DNA of 64,000 bases from Octopus vulgaris. Lineage: Eukaryota. The translations under genes and the position numbers were made by a program. The number at the start of each line of letters is the position of its first letter. Positions within the stretch are counted from its first letter, which is position 1. The DNA lies in NCBI GenBank assembly GCA_951406725.2, contig OX597825.1, forward strand, positions 80,414,001-80,478,000. Reading direction: 5' to 3'. Below are positions 50,770 to 64,000 of this stretch, one piece after another. The notes beneath the pieces are model-generated. The model did no database searches and was not told where the DNA came from. It saw only the letters and a list, made by a program, of their open reading frames with translations.

Positions 50770-52128
50770 TCATTTAACGTGCATTGTCCATGCTGGCATG
50801 GGTTGGACTGGCACACTGGGATGCTGCACCAGACTCCAGTCTCATTTGGCATGGTTTTCTATGGCTGGATGCCCTTCCTAATGCCAACCACTCCAAGAGT
50901 GTAATGGATGCTTTTACGTGCCACTGGCACAGGTGCCATTTGTATGACACCGGAGTGTGTTTATGCGCCACCAGCATGGGTGTCAATTTGCGTGACACCG
51001 GTATCTGTCACAACAGCGATTTTGCTCGACTTGATGGATCTTCTACTCAAGCATGACATAATGCCAAAGGTCTTGGTCATTGCCTCCGTGAGGCCCAAAC
51101 TCAAAAGGAACTCAGCCACTTTCCCTCCGTGTGGCCCATCATTTGAAAGGAACTCAGTCACTTTGCCTCCATGAGGCCCAACGTTCAAAAGATGTTCTTT
51201 ATGTGCCACAAGCATGGGTGCACTTGGCTTGACGGATCTTCTCAAGCACAGCAGATCACCAAAGGTCTCAGTCACTAGTCATTGCCTCCGTGAGGCTGAA
51301 AGTTTGAAGATCATGCTTCACCACCTCATCTCATGTCTTCTTGGGTCTAGCTCTACCGCAGGTTCCCTCTACAGTTAGAGATCAGCACTTCTTTACACAG
51401 CTGTCCTCGTCCATATGCATCACATAACCATACCAGCACAGTCGTCTCTCTTGCACACCAATTTGGATGCCTCTTATGCCTAACTTTTCTCTCAGGGTGC
51501 TTACACTCTGTTGTGTATGCACACTGACATTGCATATCCAGCAAAGTATGCTGGCTTAATTTCTTTCAAGCCTATGCATGACCTCAGCTGTCACAGCCCA
51601 TGTTTTACTGCCATGTAGCATAGCTGTTCACACACAGGCATCATACAATCTGCCATTCATTCCAAAAGAGAGGCCTTTTGTTGCCAGCAAAGGTGGGAGC
51701 TCTCTGAACTTTACCCAGCCTAATCTTATTCTCACAGCTATGCTCTTGAGCATCCACCTCTGCTACTAACTTGGTCGCCTAGATAATGGAAGCTATCTAC
51801 TACCTGTAGCTCATGCCCCAGGCAGTTGATGGAGTCTATTTTCTGTACATTTTCAGTGTTTATTGTACCTGTGCCTTTTCCACATACAGAAGCTAGTTTC
51901 TCTGTTAACCTTCCTCTGATGTTGCTGCACCCTTTGTGTGTCCATAGCTTACACTGGGAGCATCTTATGGAGTTTCTACCTACACCTTTTCTACAGATTG
52001 AGCAGGGCCATCAACCTGAAGGGGTTTGTGATTTGTCTGCCTTCCTACTTACTAGGACTTTGGTTTTTGCTAGGTTAACTCTAAGGCCCTTTGATTCTAG
52101 ACCTTGCTACCTTACCTGGAATTTCTTT
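50750..52128 (-). mobile_element. RTE LINE 3' ~1.4 kb including a PHD-like Cys cluster
   Basis: GLRVNLAKTKVL...WPCSICRKGVGRNSIRCSQCKLWTHKGCS...VVDSFHYLGDQV, then ORF end and tail. Confidence 0.92.
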
Positions 52129-53069
52129 AAAAAACATAAGTATTGGGGTTAATTCATTCGACTACAACAAATTTTCTTCAAATCGGTGCCCCAGCATGGC
52201 CACAATCTAACAACTAAAACAAATAAAAAAGATAAAGGTGAATGTAAAAAAGAAATATCCTTTGTAATTTAGAATAAAGATAACTTTCAAGAAGTTAGAG
52301 ATTATTGAATAATTCAGTGCTGGTGCTGTTATGTGGTTGATCAATCTGCTAGAAAAAACAGCCAAATCTCTCTCTGTTTCTGTCAAGTTGTACCCCGTCA
52401 TCTAAAAAAGGAAAACAACAACAAAAATAGGAAAAGAACACATTTGGAAATGTTGACAAACTGTTTTTAAATAAAAGGAAGAGTAGTTAGGTTTAGAGTA
52501 TCAGTGGTCATAGAATGGTTTTCTACAGTTGGACGCCCTTCCTAATGCCAACCACTTCAAAACTGTAATGGGTTCTTTTACATGCCACCTGTACAGGTGC
52601 CATTTGTACGACACCGGTTTGTGTTTATGTGCCACTGGCATGGGTTTCAATTTGCGTGACACCGGTATCTGTCACAACAGCGATCTTGCTTGACTTGATG
52701 ATCAGTTTCTAGACATGAGTGGTCCTGAGACCAAGGCTTCTTACCACGATTTTTGAGAAATGTGGTGGAAAACTAGCTCAGGAAGGCAGGGACGCTACTC
52801 CTTGAGAGCCCTTTCGGAGCCCTCCCCCCTACCTACTTCAGCTCCTGTCAAACCATGAAACCCATGCCTGCATGGAAAATGGATGTTAAACGATGATGAT
52901 GATGATGATGATGATGATATATATATTGCTGACGGACAGGACAAAGTGCTGAAGGATGACCTTTCAGATGAGATACCAAGGGACTTTGTTGTACTCAAGA
53001 TGACCTGTCCTTCACAGCTGAAGTGTTAAGGTCCCTTCCCTGGTAAAAAAGGATTGGCTTACAAGAGTC

Positions 53070-53266
53070 ATGTGTTGGTGCCATGTAAAAGTGCTCATGT
53101 GGGGGTCACGTTTAAAGCATCCAGCAAACTATAAAGTGGTTGGCATTAGGAAGGGTTTCCAGTGATAGAAACCTAGCAAAATCAGAGTGGAGCCTTGTGC
53201 GGTTCTCCAGCTTGCCAGCTCTGGTCAAACCATCCAACCCATGCCAGCATGGAAAAGGGACATTAA

Positions 53267-53300
<34 letters not shown>
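53070..53300 (+). mobile_element. RTE 3' tail
   Basis: Family tail with a long (GAT)n. Confidence 0.8.
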
Positions 53301-53301
<1 letters not shown>

Positions 53302-53437
53302 ATATATTTGTATATATATTCTTTTCTTCTTTTTCTTTACTTGTTTCAGTCATTTTGACTGTGGTCATGCTGGAGCACTGCCTCAAACAGTTACAGTCGA
53401 AGAAATCAACCTCAGAACTGATTCTTTGTAAGCCTAG

Positions 53438-53534
<97 letters not shown>

Positions 53535-53589
53535 TGTATGTATGTATGTATGCATCTATTAAATCTCGCAAAAAATCCCAAATTTTATT

Positions 53590-53870
53590 TATATTGCTTT
53601 GTGGGAAGAACTATTTTAACAAATTTACGTCTTGTCCCTATTTTTGAAATGTGGAGTAGATAAAACAGGGGACAACTGATGAAGGGATTGTTCTTTATGT
53701 TGCCTGTCTCATTTCACAATTTGCTTCTTTTGTTGTCTGAAAAAACTTCGTTTTCCATGCTTTTGTTTTTTATGTTCTTGTTTTTCATTTTGTACCCATA
53801 TATGCACGTATATAAGCACATATATGTAGGCATGTTCATGTATGTGTATATATATGCATATACATATATA
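53590..53870 (+). mobile_element. Dispersed repeat with type III hammerhead-like core
   Basis: GTC 53629-31, TTGTCCC/GGGACAA stem, CTGATGA 53676-82, GAAA 53739-42. Confidence 0.65.
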
Positions 53871-53934
53871 TTATTTATATTATTATATGATCGAATGCCA
53901 CTCACCCATTTCCAAGTATATATATATAAAGATG

Positions 53935-54360
<426 letters not shown>

Positions 54361-55142
54361 TGGCTGTTTAACAAGATGGCTAGCTAGACAAATTGATAGC
54401 CAGATATTTCTTTCTCGCCACATTCCAAGTCGCCATTGAATGTCTTCTAGCAACAAGAATCCAGCTCAGTTTTTCTCTCTTTCTCTTCTTCTCTGCCATC
54501 TGTATCATTAAAACAGACTTTCTCCATATGACATCAGCTTTTGCTCTGACACACATCTTAGCAATTAAAAACACCACACACTACTTCTCTTCGTATGACA
54601 TTTGAAAATCTCTTGTATATTTTCGCATGCCTCCAAGCTTGATAAACCTGTTATGAAGCTTTCCTTTCTAGCCTTGAAACATAATTCCCTCTTGCTGCTT
54701 TTCCCTCGTATTGTATCACTTTATCTGTTCTTCTTCAATACTGTCATGTCTGTTATGCTTTTATTTCTGCCTGTTGTGTTTTGTTTTGCTTCAGTTACAC
54801 GCTTTGGCTGATCTTTCTAACGAAGCTGCGTTTTCAGAATGTCTTGGGAGAATTTTAAGAATATTTTAGAGGCCAAAAAAACCCCAACAAAAACAACTAA
54901 ACAAACAAAAATTTTGTTTGATGTCTCATGTATTTATGTATGTACCAAATTTTCATCCATTTTGATAAATTTGCTTGACTTATGCTGCTAAGAGAGACAT
55001 GATGGTCCTACAGTCACATTTTTCACTCTATAGTCTGTAGACTACAGGAATTTGAGGCTGTTACATATTCAACTCTTGGCTAAGGGCATTCTGCTTACAG
55101 TACATTTGGAGAAGACATGAACATTACACTCCTTATATATTG

Positions 55143-55372
55143 TTAACCCTTTCGACACCAACCCAGCTGAAACCACCTCTGACTCTGTAGTACAAATGTC
55201 TTGATTCCATAAGTTCTGAATTAAAATCTTCCACCTAACCTTAGTCACAATTTATGTTCCTCACACTAGCTGAATGATTACTAAGTTATTTTACTAAATT
55301 CTTTGTTATTTTTAGGATTAAATGAAAGAAACACAGAGCATCTCAACAGGAAGATGGTAACAAAGGGGTTAA
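55143..55372. mobile_element. TTAA-flanked MITE (piggyBac-like)
   Basis: ttaa-ccctttcgacacca ... tggtaacaaagggg-ttaa. Confidence 0.75.
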
Positions 55373-55390
55373 TATTTATATATGTATATA

Positions 55391-56630
55391 TCAGATCATT
55401 AAAAATGAAATGGCTGACTTTGAACTGAAAGTTCAATGCAGTTAATCAAAGTATGCACCAAAATTATCAACACAGTTTTGCCATTTTATTGGTAGCTTAC
55501 TTATGCCGGCAGCGAAGAATTCTGGAGAGCAAGTGGTGATGAAATCACGAAAGACTGTTTTTGCATCTTCTTCAGATTTGAAGTTTTTCCCTTGCAAAAA
55601 GTTGTCTAATGCCTGGAAAATGTGATAGTCAGTTGGTGCCATGTCTGGTGAATATGGTGAATGACAGAGTATTTCCAAGTTCAGTTCCTGTAACTTGAGT
55701 AGTGTTCTTTGTGCAACATGTGGTCAAGCATTGTCTTGCAAGAGAACCGGCCTGTTTCTAGTGACCAATGTCGGTTGTTTAATTGCAAGTTCACTCATCA
55801 TTTCATCCAATTGGTTGATGTATGTCTCTGCTGTAATTGACTTACCAGGTCTCATGAAGCTGTAGTGGGTGACACCAGTGCTGGACCACCAAACATACAC
55901 CATTAGCTATTTTTGGTGAATATTCTTTTTTGGATTGAGTTTTGGCACTTCATCTCTATCCAACCACTGTGCAGGATGCTAGCTATTGTTGAAAAGAATC
56001 CATTTTTCATCACACGTAACAATATGATGCAAAAATGGTTCACTTTTATGCCGTGACAACAAAGAGCAACAAGTTTCAAGACGACGTGTCATTCGATGCT
56101 CATTCAGTTTCTGTGGTACCCACTTGTCCAGCTTCTTTACCTTGACAATTTGTTTCAGAGGGTCCAATACAGTTGGAATCGAAACATCCAACCTTGCTGT
56201 TAACTCACACATAATTTGAGATATATCTGCTTCAACTACAGTTTCCAGCTCATCATTATCCACCTTGGTCTCAGGTCTACCATGGGGCTGATTTTCAAGA
56301 GTAAAGTCACCAGACCGGAACTTCTCAAACCATCAATGTACACTGCGCTCATTTGCCACATCTTCACCAAACACCTCATTGATGTTTCGAGTGTCCAGGA
56401 TACATTGCTTCCATGACGGAACTCATATTCATAAACACAAATCTTTGATCTATCCATGGGTTCACAAAAATTGATTTACAAGAGAGAACTCACAATATAA
56501 TCAGAAACTATGAATTGCATTTTGAAAAGTGATAATGTAACTCTTCAATTTGTCAGGATAAAACATTCGAGTTAATGACCATCAAACTTGGGGCATAAGA
56601 AAATTGGACATTTCATTCTTAATGACTTGA
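55391..56630 (-). mobile_element. Full-length (1240 bp) mariner with disrupted transposase
   Basis: TA-flanked ~30-bp TIRs (tcagatcattaaaaatgaaatgg / catttcattcttaatgacttga). ATG 56457, stop 55442. Motifs WVPQKL, IVTCDEKW, QDNA and YSPDMAPTDYHIF, with frameshifts and stops. Confidence 0.95.
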
Positions 56631-56690
56631 TATATATATACATCACTCTCCCTCTTTATATATTATAATCATAATTTAACATCCATTTTC

Positions 56691-57720
56691 TAGAAGTAGT
56701 TGATAATTTCCGCTACCTAGGTGACCAAGTTAGTAGTGGAGGTGGATGCTCAGAGAGTGTTACCACTAGAATAAGAATAGCCTGGGCAAAGTTCAGAAAG
56801 CTCCCACCTCTACTGGTGACAAAGGGTCTCTTGCTCAGAGTGAAAGGTAGATTGTACGATGCATGTGAGTGAACTGCCATGCTTCACGGCAGTGAAACAT
56901 GGGCCGTAACTGCGGAGGACATGCATAGACTTGAAAGAAATGAAGCTAGCATGATCTGCTGGATAGGTAAAGTCAGTGTCCATGCATGACAGAGTGTAAG
57001 TGCCCTGAGAGTAATGTTGGGCACAAGAAACATTGGATGCAGCAGGCAGGAGAGACGTTTGCGTTGGTATGGTCATGTACTACGGATGGATGAGGAGAGA
57101 TGTGTGAAGAAGTGCCACTCCCAAACTGTTGAAGGAACCCGGGGTAGAGGTAGACCCAGGAAGACATGGGACAAGGTGGTCAAGCATGACCTTCGTACTT
57201 TGAGCCTCACAGAGGCTATGATGAAAAACTGAGACCTCTGGAGATATGCTGTGACTTCAAAGACCCGACAAATGAAGTGAGTTCATGGCTTGCAGGACAG
57301 CCTGCTGTGCTTGCGGAGACCTATTGTGTCAAGTTCATCAACATCAAAATAAAAATCGTATGGATATTGTAGTTGTGATACCTGTGCCGGTGGCATGTTA
57401 GGCCCCACAGAAGAAATGACGAAGACTGAGACCTCTGAGATATGCTGTGACTGTGAAGACCTGACAAATGAAGTGAGTTCATGGCTTGCAGGACGGCCTG
57501 TGAAATTGGTGCTTTTACATGCCACCAACATGGGTGCCATTTGCATGAGACCAGCATCTGCCATGGCTGTGATTTTGCTCAGCTTGAGGGGTCTTCTTCT
57601 CAAGCATGACATAATGCCAAAGGTCTTGGTCATTGCCTCCATGAGCCCAACACTCGAAAGGTGCTTTTTATGTGCCACTGGCACAAGTGCCACTTATGTG
57701 ACACCAGCATCAGCCACAAT
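56691..57720 (+). mobile_element. 5'-truncated RTE with rearranged, partly inverted 3' UTR
   Basis: ERRLRWYGHVLRMDEERCVKKC...GRGRPRKTW. Segment 57405-57500 repeats 57200-57305; 57505-57720 is inverted. Confidence 0.9.
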
Positions 57721-57761
57721 GTTCTACCAAACCTGTATACATATGGCTATATATAAATCTT

Positions 57762-57952
57762 TTCTACTCTAGGCACAAGGCCTGAAATTTTGGAGGAGGG
57801 GCCCCACTTGATTAAGTACACAACTGGTACTTAATTTATCAACACCAAAAAGATGAAATCAAAGTTGACTTCAGCAGAATTTGAACTCAGAACGTAAAGA
57901 CAGATGAAATACTGCTAAGCATTTCAGCCGTTCCTGCCAGCTCCCCCTGCCT
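57762..57952 (-). mobile_element. SINE family B
   Basis: ctaggcacaaggcctgaaatttt...aatttgaactcagaacgtaaag. Confidence 0.8.
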
Positions 57953-57974
57953 TATGGCTATATATAATGTATCA

Positions 57975-58115
57975 TCTATGTCATCGATTGTCCTCTGATG
58001 ATCGTCATGCACAATGTGATGATTTTTCTTCACATTTCTGCAGGTTTAAGCTCATGACAGGTTTTCCAGATTGTTCATTGTCTTCCATGGACGTTCTTCT
58101 GCTTTTGAAGTCAGA
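57975..58115 (-). pseudogene. Mariner transposase N-terminal fragment
   Basis: FKSRRTSMEDNEQSGKP then, after a frameshift, IVHDDHQRTIDDI (RFK.G..S.ED..RSGRP motif). Confidence 0.75.
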
Positions 58116-58134
58116 ATATTGCTTTGCTTATATA

Positions 58135-58297
58135 GGCGTAGGAGTGGCTGTGTGGTAAGTAACTTACTTACGAACTACATAGTTCTGGGTTCAGTCCCAC
58201 TGCATGGCACCTTGGGCAAGTGTCTTCTACTATAGCCTCGGGCCGACCAAAGTCTTGTGAGTGGATTTGGTAGATGGAAACTAAAAGAAGCTCATCG

Positions 58298-58370
<73 letters not shown>

Positions 58371-58591
58371 GAGTGTGTATATATTTGTGTGTTGGTTTGT
58401 ACCCAACATCGCTTGACAACTGATGCTGGTGTGTTTACGTCCCCCGTAACTTAACGGTTCGGCAAAAGAGACCAATAGAATAAGTACTAGGCTTATAAAA
58501 AAAAATATGTCCTGGGGTCGATTTGCTTGACTAAAAAAAAAGGCAGTGCTCCAGCATGGCTGCAGTCAAATGACTGAAACAAGAAAAAGAG
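58135..58591 (+). mobile_element. SINE family A, full length
   Basis: Complete head, internal (TA)n and tail gactgaaacaagaaaaagag. Confidence 0.92.
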
Positions 58592-59227
58592 ATGATGCAA
58601 CGTTGATGTCATTCTGAGAAGGGTTCACCGTTATAAGACTGGAGACATAACTAAGAAATAGTTACAGGGAATGGGAATAAAATGAAACAAAGAACGGGTT
58701 ACAGGTTTGACTAGTGTTGAATGAGAGGTGGTCGAAGGACAACAAGGTCAACTGTACTTTCTTGTATACACACACACACATTTGTTTGTGTGTATGTGTG
58801 AATATATGTATGTATACACACATACACACACATATATACAGATGCCATTTTAGGGTTGTGTGTATATGTATTGACGTCATTCTAGCGATGTCAATAGCCC
58901 TGCTTTTCTATTGTAAATTGCAAATTTACAATTTTATCATAAATGCACGTGTATGTGAGTGTGTGTATATAAAAACAAATATATATATTTTTTTATCTTC
59001 TTTTATATTTTACTTGCTTTGGTCATTAGACTACAGCCATACTTGGGCCCCCACCTCGAAAATTTTTTTAATTGAATGAATTGACCCTAGTACTTACCTG
59101 TTTTTATCTTAAGCCTGGTACTTATTCTATCAGTCTCTTTTGCTGAACTGCTAAGTTACAGGGACATAAACATGCCAACACTGGCTGTTAAGTGATAGTG
59201 AGAGACAAAAACAGACATAAAGACATA

Positions 59228-60095
59228 CGCGATGGGTAAATCGTTGTCATTTTATATTTTTGATTTTGCATATACGCAGTGTTTGTTTTTGATTTTGCCA
59301 ACAACACAGTATAGTAGGGTCAGCCGGGCACCGTCTGTGAGAAAAACAGCACCATGACGCAATTCACTCTGCCAGAAATTTGGAAATTACATGCTGTACT
59401 GTTTGGCATTTGCACTGGAAGCCCCAATACGAACAGATGGTGAACACAGAACAACCGTTGGCTTACCTTGTCCCCAAAATATGTACCGAGAGTGATAAAA
59501 ATCAAACATGCAGTCAACATCGTGGTGTTTGGAGTGATCACTACTGATGGCGACATTATCTGTCCATTCATCTTCCCACATGGCCTCAGACTCAACATGG
59601 AGGCCTACATAAAATGCCTGGAGGAGGTAGTGCTGCTCTGGGTCAAGAGGCTGGCTCCTGGAAAACCCTATGTCTGGCAACATGCCACACAAGGAGGAGA
59701 ACCCAGTCATGTCTGTCAGACAATTTCTGCAACCACATTACCTCTAACATCTGGTCACCTAACTCCCCACACTACAACCCCTTGATTATTATGTGTGGAG
59801 CACAGTTGAATGAGAGACCAACAAAACTGCTTGTAACACCAAAGATGAGCCAAAGGCGAGAATTATGGCAGCATTGACTAACTTAAACAAGGAGACTGTC
59901 CAGAAGAGTTGCAGGAGATTCCGAAGTCGTCTGGAGGCTGTGGTTGAAACCAATGGCGATTTTATTAAATAAATTTACTCTTTAGTATTTCAAGATATTT
60001 AAAAGTAATTTTGGTAAATATATCTGTTAAAATGAGATGTCAGTGTTATTTTCCTTTTTGCAGATTTAGATGACAATATATTCACTGCAGCCCCT
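59228..60095 (+). mobile_element. Internally deleted Tc1/mariner (maT/DD37D-like) element
   Basis: VFGVITTDG..PFIFPHGLRLN...KPYVWQ, CHT, WSPNSPHYNPLDYYVW and CRRFRSRLEAVVETNGDFI; degenerate TIRs around ttgtca/tgacaa. Confidence 0.85.
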
Positions 60096-60096
60096 A

Positions 60097-60130
<34 letters not shown>

Positions 60131-60434
60131 CCGGAGTAAACACATAAATGTGAAACAAGGTGGAAAAAAGAGTACTCAAATACCAGTGGTAGAGTAATAT
60201 GCTTTATTTAAAGCAGCAGAAAATTCAACAAAACCTGTTACTCTGAGTCTCACGTTGCCGTTCATCGGACAGATTTTGCTAGAATAGAACTGAGTTTTCA
60301 CATTGCCGTTCATCGGACAGTTTTTGCTAGAATAGAACCGATCGGTTCTATTCTAGCAAAAACTGTCTGATGAACGGCAACGTGAAACTCAGAGTAACAG
60401 GTTTTGTTGAAATTTTCTGCTGCTTTAAATAAAG
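60131..60434. mobile_element. Palindromic Penelope-like/retrozyme-like repeat with three hammerhead units
   Basis: Symmetry axis in accga|tcggt (60341/60342), flanked by (TA)n on both sides. Confidence 0.8.
60363..60400 (+). ncRNA. Minimal type I hammerhead ribozyme motif
   Basis: CUGU-CUGAUGA-ACG(GCAA)CGU-GAAA-CUC(A)GAG-UA-ACAG; all core nucleotides and three stems present. Confidence 0.85.
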
Positions 60435-60681
60435 TATATATATATATATATATATACAAAATAAGAAAATGGAGAAATACATTGAAATCAAATATCAATT
60501 ACCAGATAATACTCAATCACATACTTTATTAAACCACCACATAAGAGACTGTAGGGTTAAACATAATAATGTAGGGTAAAACAGTGTACATAAAATAGTA
60601 ATGTTATACAATAAGTAGAATACGTATAATAGAAAATAAATATAAGTACACATAAATATAAATATACATATATATACATAT

Positions 60682-60758
<77 letters not shown>

Positions 60759-61560
60759 TGCACACATGAGGGGCTTCTTTTAATTTTCATCTACCAAATC
60801 CACTCATAAGGATTTGGTCAGGCTTAAGTTATTGCAGAAGACACTTGTAGATATTTGTTTAAGGTGATGCCCCAGCATGGCCACAGTACCATGTCTGAAA
60901 CAAGTAAAAGACAAAATGTAGCTATACCTCCATACGTATATGTATATGTGTGTACATGTGTGTGTGTGTATGTGTGTGTGTGTGTGTGTGTGCGTTTGTA
61001 CATGTGTGTGTGTGTGCATAGTTGAGGACTTGTTCACCATTGCACCGTAGCTTGACTAGAGATGGTTCTGAACCTCTTACAAACAATGCATCCTTTCTCT
61101 TCTGATGAACAACATTCTGTTTCTCCCCTCTACAGACTCTATCTCGAATTAAAAGGAAGTGAGGGATTGGTAGGAATTAATAAGATTTATTGCCAGGAAT
61201 GTGGCATCAGAGAATCCCAAAACACAGTCTTCACTGATGTGTCATTGCCAGAAAGCCATCAACCAAAGAAGATTCCTTTCATAAAACTGCTGACACTATC
61301 TCTCTTCAATGGACTACCCCTCCCCCATATATACACTCACATATATATATATATCATACATCTACACATCCACACATCTCTTTCTCTCTCTTTATATATG
61401 TATATATATAAGCATATATATACATACATATGTCTGTCTGTCTGTCTTTCTGTATGTATGTATGCATGTATGTATGTATGTATGTATGTATGTATGTATG
61501 TATGTATGTATGTATGTATGTATATATGTATGTATGTATGTATGTATATATGCATGTGTG

Positions 61561-61610
<50 letters not shown>

Positions 61611-61814
61611 AATGTATATCTGAATATTGAAGTTAATGTTCTTGACGCAACCACGATATTTTTCAAAAATTTTTGTCTGAAAATTCGAAATCAACTGAAA
61701 GAAATCTTTAAATAAATAGATGACCACTGTCCTCATGGAAGATATAAAGAAGATTTTTGTGTTAATCTGTCTTAATCTTTACATTTAAAAAAAAAAGATT
61801 TTTGCATATACATA

Positions 61815-61855
<41 letters not shown>

Positions 61856-62094
61856 ATAATAAAGATGGCCTCAGTAAATTTTATTTTACTGAAATAAGTC
61901 AGAAACCATGGTCCGGGAATTGAGTTAGATGTAAATGTTTTTATTTTTCATTCCCTTCGAGAATTTATCCCTAATTATTGGCTTGAACTTTAACTGTTCT
62001 TTCTAGCGCAAGGCATTCCTATGATGGAAGCCTCTTAATGTGTTTTAATGTACACAATATTTTATATATATATATAAAACAAAACAAAACTCTA

Positions 62095-62550
62095 CTTGTG
62101 AAGACCTGTTGAAGCAAGTGAGGATCAGAATCAAAATCGATCAATGGAAATTGCAGCTGAGTTACCAGTGCCGGTGGCACGTAAGAGAACCATCCGTTCG
62201 TGACCGTTGCCAGCGCTGCCCCGACTGGCCTCGTGCCGGTGGCACGTAAAAGCACCGTCCGTTCGTGTCCGTTGCCAGCCTTGCCTAGCCCCCGTGCCGG
62301 TGGCACGTAAAGGCACCATCCGTTCATGGCCGTTTGCCAGCTCCGTCTGGCACCTGTGCGGGTGGCACGTAAAAAGCACCCACTACACTCACGGAGTGGT
62401 TGGCGTTAGGAAGGGCATCCAGCCGTAGAAACACTGCCAGATCAGACTGGGCCTGATGCAGCCTTCTGGCTTCACAGACCCCAGTTGAACCGTCCAACCC
62501 ATGCTAGCATGGAAAGCGGACACTAAATGATGATGATGATGATGATGATA
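62095..62550 (+). mobile_element. RTE 3' UTR and tail with ~60-bp tandem units
   Basis: Four gtgccggtggcacgtaa..cacc units; CpG-intact. Confidence 0.88.
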
Positions 62551-62603
62551 TATATATATATCATCATCATCATCATCATCATATATATATATATATATAC
62601 ATG

Positions 62604-62845
62604 AAGGCACATGGCTTAATGTTTTGTGCATTCAGCTCATGATCGTAAGGTCATGAGTTCAGTTCCCGGCGACACATTGTGTCCTTGGGCAAGACACTTT
62701 ATTTCACGTTGCTCCAGTCCACTCAGCTGGCAAAAATGAGTAGTACCTGTATTTCAAAGGACCGGCCTTGTCATATTCTGTGTCATGCTGAATCTCCCTG
62801 AGAACTATGCTAGGAGTACACATGACTGTGGATTGCTCAGTCACT
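62604..62845 (+). mobile_element. SINE family C
   Basis: Matches 1155-1400. Confidence 0.85.
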
Positions 62846-63279
62846 GGTATGGTAACAAATGGTTCAATTGACACCAGTTTATTACTGGTATTTATTTCAT
62901 CAACATGGAAGTATAATATGCAAAGATGGCTTTGACGAAGTTGAATATGAAAGAAACAAACAAAAGAAAACAGCTGGAATCATAATTCTTCTTCCTTGGA
63001 CAATACCAGGTTTAAGAATTCATATTTCTTTGAATATAACAAAGCTTAGGTATATGGGGGAGGTATAACTATTACTGGATAACTATCCTTAATTCAGGAT
63101 ACTTATTATTAAAGGTGCTCTGACTGTGACCACCACAATCTATGACCGCATTATCAGATATGTCCTTCTATTTCAAAGACAGAAGGACATGATTTGAAGG
63201 AAATTTGGTTGTTAATTCTAGCAGATCAATCAATCACAAAAAGGCACCCTCATTAGCTTGTAATATATATACATATATA

Positions 63280-63562
63280 TATTGAGAAGAACACCCATCA
63301 AGCCAAGTAAAATCGAAGTCATGGCAGATACCAGTGTCACATACAAATGGCACCTGTGCCGGTGGCACATAAAAGCACCCATTACACTCTCAGAGTGGTT
63401 GGTGTTAGGCAGGGCATACAGCCATAGAAACCATACCAAATCAGACTGGGGTCTGGTGCAGCCTTCCAGCTTGCCAGCCCTGGTCAAACCGTCCAACTCA
63501 TGCCAGTGTGGACAATGGATGCTAAATGATGACGACGACAATGATGATGATGATGATGATGA
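63280..63562 (+). mobile_element. RTE 3' tail
   Basis: Family tail with (GAT)n. Confidence 0.82.
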
Positions 63563-63814
63563 TATATATATATATATATGTATATATAAACAATTGCAGC
63601 ATGGAAGGTGTTTATAAGCTACGAAAATATTTTGACACAAAGTAAATTTAAATATTGAAGTGAATCTAACGGTTTTTGTGTGTTTTTATTAAATGGCTTA
63701 TAAACACCTTCCATGCTGCAATTAGTTTTGTTTCAGCAGACAAACTCAGATCAAGTCACTTGCTATGCAAGTACATCTCCATTATATATATATATATATA
63801 TATGCATGATCATT

Positions 63815-64000
63815 AGCACATGAGGGAAAATGTTTTGCAGCATTTCATTCGTCTTTATGTCCCGAGTTCAAATTCTGTCAAGTTTGACTTCGCCTTTCAT
63901 CTTTTCAGGATTGATAAAGTAAGTACCAGTTGAGTACTGGGGTTGATGTAATCAACTTACCCCCACACCTCCAAAATTACTGGTCTTGTGCCAAAATTTG
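63815..64000 (+). mobile_element. SINE family B, runs off the window
   Basis: gagttcaaattctg...cctttcatc...aagtaccagttgagtactgggg. Confidence 0.8.

Noticed and set aside
58044-58154. Apparent plus-strand exon (ttctgcag acceptor, gtaagt donor)
   Set aside because: The body is an antisense mariner fragment and the donor is standard SINE A sequence; no independent support.

Overview
Repeat-dense, AT-rich eukaryotic DNA. The mix of tRNA-derived SINEs, RTE retroposon tails ending in (GAT)n and very abundant microsatellites suggests an octopus or other coleoid cephalopod (inference). Only one plausible cellular gene is visible: a single-exon ~108-aa ORF (44652-44978, minus) in a CpG-retaining, repeat-poor domain. 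The rest is three SINE families, RTE/CR1/other LINE remnants, three Tc1/mariner fossils (one full length), a non-autonomous Helitron, TTAA MITEs and simple repeats. Most ORFs in the track are microsatellite artefacts. The most unusual signal is a set of at least four unrelated hammerhead-ribozyme-bearing repeat families. They are: an intact minimal type I hammerhead inside a palindrome (60363-60400), a tRNA-headed element with a hammerhead-like core in a ~480-bp fold-back (2426-2906), a type III-like family in two copies, and a CpG-decayed family in two copies. Retroposon fold-back (inverted double-tail) insertions also recur. Coordinates were read by eye and may be off by a few bases. No database search or folding was run.
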